From: a virus | Taxonomy: Duplodnaviria > Caudoviricetes | Reading direction: 5' to 3' (one strand) | Length of the DNA stretch: 27,807 bases | Virus record (IMG/VR): IMGVR_UViG_3300012665_000403 | Span: 1 to 27,807 of that record | Part shown: positions 8,401 through 16,432 of the stretch, in pieces | Layout of the letters: each line of letters starts with the position of its first letter | Position numbering within the stretch: the stretch's first letter is position 1 | Notes under the pieces: model-generated | Seen by the model: the letters and a program-made list of their open reading frames with translations, nothing else | Databases searched by the model: none | Told to the model about the DNA's origin: nothing | Program-made: the position numbers and the translations under genes

Positions 8401-11400
8401 ACAACTTAGATGAATATGATTATGCACATGTAGCAGACAGGCTAGAAGGAGAAGAAATAACAAGGCCTGTAACAACCAGAGACTATAGATCAACAACTGG
8501 ACCAACACCAGGAGAAGCAGAACTTATAAGACGTGCAGAGGCTGGAGAGGAAATAAAAGTTGGAGATGTTTTAGCATCAAAAGAAGAATTGGCTGCTTGG
8601 ACAAAAGAAAAAATTGATCTAGAAGCACAGGATGATCTTGCTAATGCCGTAGACACACAAATAACAAAGGCTAAAAAGAAAGCAAAAACAGCATCACCAT
8701 CTGAAAGAACTCGTGAACTAGGAAAAGATATTGCAGATGGACTTACTGTTGGAATGCAAGATGGGCAGCCAGAGGTTCAGGCACAGTCAGATAGACTGGT
8801 TGAGGCAGCCGTACCAGAAAGACAACGCACAGCAGCAGAAACACAAGCAAGAGTTGACAAGATGGATCTTGATAATAAGTCTTTTTACGACGATATCAAC
8901 ACACCTGAATTTTATGAGCAAAGACAAATTCTTAAGTCTCAAGATAGACAAAGAAGAAAGCGTGGGGCCACAGGAACTGTTGGTGGAGGATCAGGAACAC
9001 CACCAGAATCAGGACCTTCTTCTTTAACTGTTTCTTCAACAGCAAGAACAGAATCAGCAGCAGAAGATTTAGCAGTAAGCACAGAGCAGGCTGCAACAGC
9101 ACAAGCACAAGTTGTTCAACAGATTAAGGATGAAAGTAAGTCAAGAGTTACAATTAAGGGCAACACTGTCAATATTGGCAAGGCTCGTGAAGAAGCAGAC
9201 AAGGCTGAACAAGAATCAGCAAACGCCAGAAAGAAAGCAGCAGCACTCGAAGCAGAGCAAGCAAAGCAGATCAAGTCTAATTCTCCTACAACCATTACAG
9301 ATGCACAAGTTCTTGAGGCTAAAGAAAAGGCTAATGCTTTAGAGTTAGAAGCAGCAAAGAAAAGACAGGCTGCTGCTATGGCAGAACTTGAAGGAAAAGA
9401 TGTTGTCATTTCTGAAGAAGATGTAAAAGAGATAGGTAAAGTTCAAAAGATACAAGACAAAGAGCAAGAGGCTATTTCTAATGGGACACAAGAGCAAGGA
9501 GATGGCTTAAGACGAATTGTTGACGGTACAGATGAAACAGCAGATTCAACACTATTAGTTGCAGACCAGACAGATGAACTTGCAAGTATAACTGGAGAAG
9601 CAGTTGATGCACAAACACAAACTGCAGCAAATCTTTTAACTGCTGAACAAATAACAGATGCCACTACAGGAAACCTAAATGATGTTCTTCAGTCAACAGA
9701 TTTAACTGGCTTGGCACAAGATGATATTGCAGGCTCTTCAGAAGAGATTGCAGAGACCAATGATTTAATTGCAATAGAAAAGAAAGAACAACTTGCTAAA
9801 TTAAGAAAGTACAATGCTGATGAAGCAGCCAGAATAGCAGCAGAAAATGGAATTATTCCTGAAGGAAGTCAGACAGACAATGTTTTAGGTAAAGACAGAA
9901 TGGATGTCGTTGAAGCATACGAAGAAGCAATGGGTAGAAATCCAGGGAAAAATGGACCAGATGACCCAGGCAAGATTGGTTATACAAAAAACAAAAAGGG
10001 ACAAATACTATTTGACCCAGAAACAGGGGAGCCAACAACTCTTACCGAAAGCCAATTAAAGAAAAAGAAACGTGGCATGCGTAAAGAGAAGGTTGGAAAA
10101 GTTTCTGGAAAGTTATCGGGTGGTTTAGGAACTGCAGCGATGGTTGCTGGTATGGCAGGAGCCCCTCCACAAGTAACGGCAGCACTAGGTACAGCAGCAA
10201 CCGTAGCACAGTTTGCTCCAATGATTGCGGGTACTGGACCAATAGGACTTGCAGTAGGAGCAGTAGTAGCATTGGGTGCAGGAGCCTATATGCTTAATAA
10301 GCACTTCAATACAATGGCTGCAAAAGCAGCACAATTTGCAACAGATTTGTCAGCAACAAGAGATGGTCTAAAGTCAATAGGAGAAATGGCAGGCAAGGTT
10401 GGCGCATCTGAAATAATGGATAAGCGTAGACAGACTAGCCAGTACGGAAAATATGATGAAGAAATCAAGATTGACAATACGTTTGGTAACAAGTTCTTAG
10501 GTACTGATACTGGTAAAAAAGAAAAGAAACTATTTCAAGACAATGTTAAAAAGTTTGGATCTTCAAAAGCAATTGATGATCTAACATTAAAACTTGCTAC
10601 AGCCGTTGCTGATGGAGTGCTTGATGCACAATCAGCAAACAGTATTGCTGCAGAACTTGCCTTGCAATTACAAGATCAAAAAATTGAAATGCAGGTTGTT
10701 GGACAACTGTCTGCACTGCTGGGTCCAAATGGGGAAGACCTAAAAAATAGTCCTATGGACACAAGAGCATTAATAATGGCAAATGCAAATAATCGTGTTG
10801 ATAAAACAGAAGCAGACATTGCTGCAAACAAGGGAAATACAAGAGAAAATGTTGCATCTGTAGCAGCATATAACATGAACAATATTCAGATGGCCACAAT
10901 GATGGCAGATCAAATTCAGGTTGAGTATGAAACTCAAAAGAAAAAACTTGAAGCAGAACTAGCAGCAACATCAAATGCAGCCAAAAAACTAGCAATTGAA
11001 CAGCAAATCTCTGCCCTTACTGCTCAAAATTTATTAGATACAAATGCAATGAATGGCCTACTCCTTACTCAGATTGGTCTTCAGCAAAAGAGTTTTGATA
11101 AGGTATTTAGTAATTCAAGATGGGGTAGCCAAGCAGCAAAAGAAGATGCTTATTTTGATGGAACAAGAAATCAATTGGCAACTACTTATAAAGGAACTGA
11201 CCAAGAGGAAGCATCAAAAACATTTTTAAATACTTCAGAATCTTTTGGTGCAAAAGATTTTAGTACCCAGGCAGATCAAAAGACTATACAGTCATTCCAG
11301 GCAAAGTGGGAAATGCTTGTTGGAAGCAAGGTATTGAGTCCATCAGAAGCAAATAATTACCTAGAACTATTCTCTGGCCAATTAAACAATCTAGACTTAC

Positions 11401-14400
11401 TATTCAATGCAAGTGTTGGTATTCATGGAACACCAAAAACAAAAGAACTTCTAAATATGTTTGCAGGCTATAAAGATAAAAAAATGGCAACAAATATGGT
11501 TACCCAGATTGCATTAACAAAAACAGATCCAGGACAGTTTGATGCAATTATGGAAGCACTTAAGGGCATTCAGGCTTTGGATGGAACAACCATTGACATG
11601 GAGGTTTTATTAACTACACTTGGTCTAGAAGGCGTTGAAGTTCTTAAAGGCCAAATGGAAGGAATTGAAAAACTTAAAGAAGAGCAAAAGAAAAAGGGCG
11701 ATAAGAAGATGGATCTTGAGGCTGCCAAAAAATTGGGGCCACAAGAAAATGCAGCCATTACAGCCCTACAAGCCAACAAAGAAAGAATGGATCAGTTTAA
11801 TAATTTAAACCTAGAACAACAAGCAGAGTATTTACAAAAACTTCAAACACAATTTGCCTATGAGTCAATTCTTACACAAGATCAAAAAGAAGCAGCAGCA
11901 GAACTTTATGCAAGAAACCAGGCATGGCTTGCACAGTCAAGGGGAGTAATTGCTGCAGGAGCAGATGCGCTTCTAGTAGCAGAAGCAAAGTTCAAAGCAG
12001 CATTTCTAAAACTAACTCCTGAGCAGATGGCTGCTGAAAAGTTAGTTCCTACATATGCAAGTGGTGTTACCTCAATTGACCCAGGACCTGCAAAGACACC
12101 AGTAGATAAAGGCGCAAAAGATGATCCTAAAGACTTCCTTGATTCTCTTGCTATGCGTATTAAGATGGTAAGAGATCAATCTTTCAATGCCAAGAAGCCA
12201 ATTGAGTCAATGCTTGCAGCATTCAATGATCCGAAAACACAAAAAAATGTTGCAAAGATGTTTAGTTTATTTGATGGTGTTCAGCAAAAACTTATTGCGC
12301 TAAAGGTGCCAGAAGAGTTTAGAGAATATATTGCTGGACTAGATGCAGAACAATTTGATGCATTGATGAAAGAAGATTTTAATAGTAAGAAAAACGGACA
12401 ACAAGGTCTATTTACTTATGCAGCAAAGAAAGATAAAAAAGGTAATGTACTTAAAGATAAAAAGGGTAACATTATATATGACAAATCAAGAATTGCTGGA
12501 ATTTCTGAAGAGGGAAAGGCTGTTGTTGCAGCATACAACGAAGCACCACTTGATAAATTTAATATTGCACAAACAAAAATCATTACTGATGCTGATAACC
12601 AATTTAAAGCATTTAACAAATTAAAAGCAGCAGGAGTAGATACAGCAACTGCATTAGAAATGGTTGCAGACTCAGCACTCGCTGGAGCAATTGCTTCAAA
12701 ACAGTATGATGCTACAGAAATAGAAAAGTTTGCTAAGGATGTAAAAAACGCTGCTGATGCAACAGAAAAGGCTGCAGTTATGGCAGATCTTCTCAAGAAA
12801 AATGCCGACTTTAAATTTAAAGCAGAGGCTGTTCCAAAACTTGCAGCAGCACTTAAGCAAACTGGTATGTCTGCTGAAAATATTGCGACAGTTCTTCAAG
12901 ATCCAGCCCTAGCAAAGCAACTAATAAAAGATCTAGAAGATGGAAAGATTGACTCAGCAGCAATTGCAGAATATTTAAATAGTATAAAAGATGAAAAAAT
13001 TGTAGAAATTCGTGGCAAGTTTAATGCTGGAGATTTTGCTGGCGCAGCAGCCCCAGGTATGGAACTTGTCAACAAGATGTTCTCCGTACAGGAAGCACTA
13101 ATTAGAACTGGTGCGAGCAAGGCATCTAAGTCAATGGTTGCAAATGTTAAAAAACTTAAAGATATAAATGAAGATTTGCAACTTCAGATTCAGCAAATAA
13201 CCTTTAACTCTATTAGGCCAATTGAAATTGCTATTGAACAAGCAACCAGAGATCTTGAGACAAAGGTTACTCGCAAGATCGAGACCTACCAAGAAGAAAT
13301 AAATGATCTTCAGCATATTATAGAAATTGCTTTTGAAGAGCCAATAGCAGCAATAAATGCAGAAAACACAATCATGTCAAATGACATGGAGATAATGAAT
13401 CACGCTGCAGAAGAGATTAACAAGAGATATGACGAGCAGGCAGAAGCCCTTTCTAAAGTTTCAGAGATTAAGTCTCAACTTGTTGAACAAGAAAAGGAAC
13501 AACTTGATTTAGCAGATGCTTTATCTAAGGGAGACATTGGTGCTGCAGCAAGAGCAATTCAGGCTATAAGAGCAGCACAAGCAGCACGGAATGCAGAGAA
13601 TGCTTCAAAGGCTTTAGAACTATCACGTAAAAATAAAATAGACAGTCTAACAGGTCGTGACTCAGGTCTTACTAAAGATCAGATCACTGAAAGACAATAC
13701 CAAAATTCTCAGGCAATTTATGACCTAGAAAACAGAGCAACAACAGAAGTAGTTTCTGAAGATGGAAAGACAAAAGAAATGCTTACAAGGTTGCAAATTT
13801 TAGATAGAATAAAAGATAGAAATAAAGAAATATACAAACTTGAAGAAGATCGTGAGGCAAGACAACTTGCTATTCGTGACCTTGAAGATCAAATTTATGA
13901 TATCACAGAAAAACAAATAAAGCCAAAGCAATATCAGATAGATGCAAACAACGTTGCAATCGCTACTGATGAACGTGCTATAGAAAAGTTAGTAGGGGGA
14001 ATAACAGTTCTTGGACAAACAAAGGATGCATGGGATGCGATAGGTGCAAAGATCGATGCTTCTGCTCTTGCTGGTGAAGATTTTGATAGACTTATGGGGT
14101 CAATGCTTGCTTCTGTTGATAAGATTGAAGAAGGATGGACCAAGATAGAAGACACAATGTCCAAGTATTCTTCTGCTTCAGCAGCAGCATCTGGAACTAC
14201 TATGGATGCACTAAGACAAGAGTTTAAAACAACAGCACAGGGCCTTGAAGAACTTGCAGCAAAGAAATCAGCAGACGCTAAAGCAGCAATAGCAGCAGCA
14301 GAGGCTGAGTATAAGATTAAAAAAGAGCAGTATGAACTAGAACTAAAAGCAATTGAGGCTGCAAAATCATCAAAGCAATGGTGGCTTGCAGACATGCTTC

Positions 14401-15770
14401 AAAGCGGATTTAATGAAAAGTGGAAAGGTGGAGCACCAGTTGCACCAGTATCAGGTCCCAATACAGCAGTAGATAATGCAACCACAGATTACAATGATCC
14501 AACAAAAAATACTGCAACAGACATCTACAAAACTGCAGCAGTAAAGGGTCCTACAACTAGTGATGCTGGTGGAAAGTCTACAACTGGTGGCTCAGGAACT
14601 GGAACTGGTGGAACTGGGACTGGTGGAACTGGAACTGTAACACCACCAGGGCCTGGACAAAAGCCTCCAACAACCACAACGACTACAGTAACCCCTCCTG
14701 TAAAAGCGCCAGTGTTAAAGCCAACAATGGCCACCGCACAAGATAAGGCCAATGTCTCTGCTCCAACCTATGACTATCTAATAAAAGAAAAAAAGCGAGC
14801 AGACACAGTTAGAGATAAAGCAAAGCAAGCATTAAAAGACTTTGGTGGTTATGGAATAACATCAAAAGATAATGAAACATATAGAACAAAAATGAAACTT
14901 ACAGATAGACCAGCATGGGATGCTTTATATAAAAAATATCAAGATGCCTATAACTACGCAGAGTCTTTTACAAAAGATTCAAGTGGAGATGGTGTTAAGT
15001 ATACAGTGTACTCAGCAGCAGCAGAAAAGACCAGAGAAGAGTCACTAAAAAAGTTGCCACAATGGGTACAAGATGCTGTTAGCGTAATTAAAAACTCTAA
15101 TGATAAATTTAGCGAAGATAACAAAAAACTAACCGCAGCAAAAGAGTCATATACAAAAGAAGCAACAAAGTACGGCGTTGAGACTAGAACTTGGCAAGAG
15201 ATAACAGGAACAAGATATGAAAAAATATTAAAACCAAGATATGATCAGATCCAGGCACAGTTTCAAAAAATGCTTGCAGAAAACAATATAGTTGACAATG
15301 CTAGAGCAAATCTTTTAAAAATGGGTTTTGGTGGTTTACAAGAGTGGGCATTTGGAGTTGTTGGCCATCCGTCAGAAAGTCTTTCTCCGTGGACTCCTTC
15401 CTCTGGTCTTACACTAGATAATATTGATGACAGGGTAGATAAAAATAATAAAAACACCGCATTTAGAGGATATGCAACTGGAGGTTTTGTTTCTTCTAGG
15501 TTTGCACAAAAAGAATTTAAGATGGGAACAGACACAGTACCAGCCATGCTTACTCCTGGAGAGTTTGTAATGAATAGGTTTGCCGTACAATCCCACGGTG
15601 TAGGTAAAATGCAGGCAATGAATAATGGAAAATCTACAGGCGATGCAGTGTATAATTATAGTATTAGCGTAAATGTTAAATCTGAATCAAACCCAGACGA
15701 AATTGCAAGAACAGTCATGGCACAGATTAAGAGCGTTGACGCACAGAGAATGAGGGGAGTTAGAACATAA
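5490..15770 (+). CDS. Tape measure protein (3426 aa) with internal non-helical inserts
   Basis: TTG start with SD GAGGTG (5478-5483). TP901-like core (~6150-6870, 'FMEMEQAITKFSRVYG...GGINASEGANALKSGLASM...AIEQLFGK'), hydrophobic segments, long Ala/Gln/Lys/Glu coiled-coil regions and C-terminal 'GYATGG...DTVPAMLTPGEFVMN'. Confidence 0.95.
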   Translation: MADVNANIGINFDTSQALAQLRQLQAGLSRFNQTLTQGNVAAMNAQKGLNSQLMQAINATGKFVATQKDVASSTSSFTQALEKNEMSMRQYFRYTAAAATQNTKVFKGMFAQERETLTRASKDRVKLLQSQYIQMQSANGDMIKTLQVVPKHLKMVNGQYADYATRMQMAAQRQQFLNKLLSQGSTQLLNFGKNTQWAGRQLMVGLTIPLTILGSTAAKTFMEMEQAITKFSRVYGDMMTNSDATDKAIADIQRLGKEFTKYGIAVKDTVEMAGSAAAMGLVGDALNAQVIQATRLAVLGQVEQQQALETTISLTNAFGIATEDLAKKINFLNAVENQTVLSIEDLTIAVPKAGPVVKQLGGSVEDLAFFMTAMKEGGINASEGANALKSGLASMINPSKKASEFLANLGINIKGIVEANQGDLKGTVVGFARALDTLDPLNRARAIEQLFGKFQFARLSTLFQNVTKDSSQAARALGLAGASVEELAILSERELGKVEDMTGNKFKKSMENIKLQLVPIGKAFLEAVTPIVSFVGRILEKFNTLSDGTKKVITVLVGVIGGLAPVLLMTFGVLMNFVANGIKLFAKLRGGVAQLNGSNNVLGGGFEYLTNQQIENLAQSNALHTSHRELISTFNVEAASVQALAAAYGNAASQARALAQSSPGLFNTVPGPAGAVAGLPPTKFATGGVVPGTGNKDTVPALLTPGEVVITKDTAKANPELVAALQNGSVKRYHEGTGPHKHHGKTPQDLQELVDSLSERRGINISDQPTSGAVQGGTFKDASYSIDAMMAPGNNASGPGMDMKWLAESSEATASIVSALKVGQMRVEGVTVDQEHYSEFWSDLTPELDEIAGIFQSIAATSKTADEAGKKAYPEIAKRIKEMEESGRLSAEDAAKLQVRTRALLDPTEEDRPASRNRRYEIAVDPDTGEERVKKRSWDGRATESGPSYDPKPFERGYQYELEQSGMEKPYNLDEYDYAHVADRLEGEEITRPVTTRDYRSTTGPTPGEAELIRRAEAGEEIKVGDVLASKEELAAWTKEKIDLEAQDDLANAVDTQITKAKKKAKTASPSERTRELGKDIADGLTVGMQDGQPEVQAQSDRLVEAAVPERQRTAAETQARVDKMDLDNKSFYDDINTPEFYEQRQILKSQDRQRRKRGATGTVGGGSGTPPESGPSSLTVSSTARTESAAEDLAVSTEQAATAQAQVVQQIKDESKSRVTIKGNTVNIGKAREEADKAEQESANARKKAAALEAEQAKQIKSNSPTTITDAQVLEAKEKANALELEAAKKRQAAAMAELEGKDVVISEEDVKEIGKVQKIQDKEQEAISNGTQEQGDGLRRIVDGTDETADSTLLVADQTDELASITGEAVDAQTQTAANLLTAEQITDATTGNLNDVLQSTDLTGLAQDDIAGSSEEIAETNDLIAIEKKEQLAKLRKYNADEAARIAAENGIIPEGSQTDNVLGKDRMDVVEAYEEAMGRNPGKNGPDDPGKIGYTKNKKGQILFDPETGEPTTLTESQLKKKKRGMRKEKVGKVSGKLSGGLGTAAMVAGMAGAPPQVTAALGTAATVAQFAPMIAGTGPIGLAVGAVVALGAGAYMLNKHFNTMAAKAAQFATDLSATRDGLKSIGEMAGKVGASEIMDKRRQTSQYGKYDEEIKIDNTFGNKFLGTDTGKKEKKLFQDNVKKFGSSKAIDDLTLKLATAVADGVLDAQSANSIAAELALQLQDQKIEMQVVGQLSALLGPNGEDLKNSPMDTRALIMANANNRVDKTEADIAANKGNTRENVASVAAYNMNNIQMATMMADQIQVEYETQKKKLEAELAATSNAAKKLAIEQQISALTAQNLLDTNAMNGLLLTQIGLQQKSFDKVFSNSRWGSQAAKEDAYFDGTRNQLATTYKGTDQEEASKTFLNTSESFGAKDFSTQADQKTIQSFQAKWEMLVGSKVLSPSEANNYLELFSGQLNNLDLLFNASVGIHGTPKTKELLNMFAGYKDKKMATNMVTQIALTKTDPGQFDAIMEALKGIQALDGTTIDMEVLLTTLGLEGVEVLKGQMEGIEKLKEEQKKKGDKKMDLEAAKKLGPQENAAITALQANKERMDQFNNLNLEQQAEYLQKLQTQFAYESILTQDQKEAAAELYARNQAWLAQSRGVIAAGADALLVAEAKFKAAFLKLTPEQMAAEKLVPTYASGVTSIDPGPAKTPVDKGAKDDPKDFLDSLAMRIKMVRDQSFNAKKPIESMLAAFNDPKTQKNVAKMFSLFDGVQQKLIALKVPEEFREYIAGLDAEQFDALMKEDFNSKKNGQQGLFTYAAKKDKKGNVLKDKKGNIIYDKSRIAGISEEGKAVVAAYNEAPLDKFNIAQTKIITDADNQFKAFNKLKAAGVDTATALEMVADSALAGAIASKQYDATEIEKFAKDVKNAADATEKAAVMADLLKKNADFKFKAEAVPKLAAALKQTGMSAENIATVLQDPALAKQLIKDLEDGKIDSAAIAEYLNSIKDEKIVEIRGKFNAGDFAGAAAPGMELVNKMFSVQEALIRTGASKASKSMVANVKKLKDINEDLQLQIQQITFNSIRPIEIAIEQATRDLETKVTRKIETYQEEINDLQHIIEIAFEEPIAAINAENTIMSNDMEIMNHAAEEINKRYDEQAEALSKVSEIKSQLVEQEKEQLDLADALSKGDIGAAARAIQAIRAAQAARNAENASKALELSRKNKIDSLTGRDSGLTKDQITERQYQNSQAIYDLENRATTEVVSEDGKTKEMLTRLQILDRIKDRNKEIYKLEEDREARQLAIRDLEDQIYDITEKQIKPKQYQIDANNVAIATDERAIEKLVGGITVLGQTKDAWDAIGAKIDASALAGEDFDRLMGSMLASVDKIEEGWTKIEDTMSKYSSASAAASGTTMDALRQEFKTTAQGLEELAAKKSADAKAAIAAAEAEYKIKKEQYELELKAIEAAKSSKQWWLADMLQSGFNEKWKGGAPVAPVSGPNTAVDNATTDYNDPTKNTATDIYKTAAVKGPTTSDAGGKSTTGGSGTGTGGTGTGGTGTVTPPGPGQKPPTTTTTTVTPPVKAPVLKPTMATAQDKANVSAPTYDYLIKEKKRADTVRDKAKQALKDFGGYGITSKDNETYRTKMKLTDRPAWDALYKKYQDAYNYAESFTKDSSGDGVKYTVYSAAAEKTREESLKKLPQWVQDAVSVIKNSNDKFSEDNKKLTAAKESYTKEATKYGVETRTWQEITGTRYEKILKPRYDQIQAQFQKMLAENNIVDNARANLLKMGFGGLQEWAFGVVGHPSESLSPWTPSSGLTLDNIDDRVDKNNKNTAFRGYATGGFVSSRFAQKEFKMGTDTVPAMLTPGEFVMNRFAVQSHGVGKMQAMNNGKSTGDAVYNYSISVNVKSESNPDEIARTVMAQIKSVDAQRMRGVRT
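14595..14636 (+). repeat. 15-nt tandem repeat encoding GTGTG units in the TMP linker
   Basis: GGAACTGGAACTGGT / GGAACTGGGACTGGT / GGAACTGGAACT, followed by a Pro/Thr-rich tract. Confidence 0.85.
15651..15656 (+). promoter_or_regulatory. Possible internal -10 element (GTG-TATAAT) near TMP 3' end
   Basis: TATAAT ~115 nt upstream of the ATG at 15770, with the same TG-TATAAT context as 3639-3646. It could be a coding coincidence (V-Y-N). Confidence 0.35.
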
Positions 15771-16432
15771 TGGCAACTAATGCATACATGGCAGGCCGTA
15801 AAAAATATCAAAGACCCCAAGGGATTCTTTTTGCAGATAACGAGGGTATCAAGGTAGATGGTTTTCATATACCTGAAGGAGACGAGATTGGGTCATTAGG
15901 AGCCTCTGTAGATGGCTATGGCGAGTTTATAATCCTTTCAGATAACAACAGATCACCCATAGACTTTAAGACCGTTAGAATTGAAAAACGGGAGAGAATG
16001 ATAAATGGTCGTATGAGATCTTATCATACTGCAGATAAACTGACATTAACAGTATCATGGGACATGCTACCATCTAGAGCCTTTGACACCTATGCTGGAT
16101 TTGATGCTGAAGGAAATCCTAATATGGCAAAAATTCCAGACATAAGAACAAATCCCCTAGAGTTTACTACAGATGGTGGAGCAGGTGGAGTAGAACTGCT
16201 TGACTGGTATAAAAACCACAGTGGATCTTTCTGGGTCTACTTAGCCTACGACAAATACACAAACTTTAAAGATGTTTTTGAAACTGTTAATTCAGATGAA
16301 AGGTTTAAGAATACAAACAAGTATAACGAAGTAATTGAAATGTTTTTTTCAGACTTTAGTTATTCAGTGCAAAAAAGAAGTGGCCTAAACTTTGACTTCT
16401 GGAATGTGTCATTAACCCTGGAAGAGGCATAA
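15770..16432 (+). CDS. Putative distal tail protein (Dit-like)
   Basis: 220 aa directly after the TMP (TAATG overlap). 'ERMINGRMRSYHTADKLTLTVSWDML...WNVSLTLEEA' has a tail-tube/Dit-like pattern. Confidence 0.7.
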   Translation: MATNAYMAGRKKYQRPQGILFADNEGIKVDGFHIPEGDEIGSLGASVDGYGEFIILSDNNRSPIDFKTVRIEKRERMINGRMRSYHTADKLTLTVSWDMLPSRAFDTYAGFDAEGNPNMAKIPDIRTNPLEFTTDGGAGGVELLDWYKNHSGSFWVYLAYDKYTNFKDVFETVNSDERFKNTNKYNEVIEMFFSDFSYSVQKRSGLNFDFWNVSLTLEEA

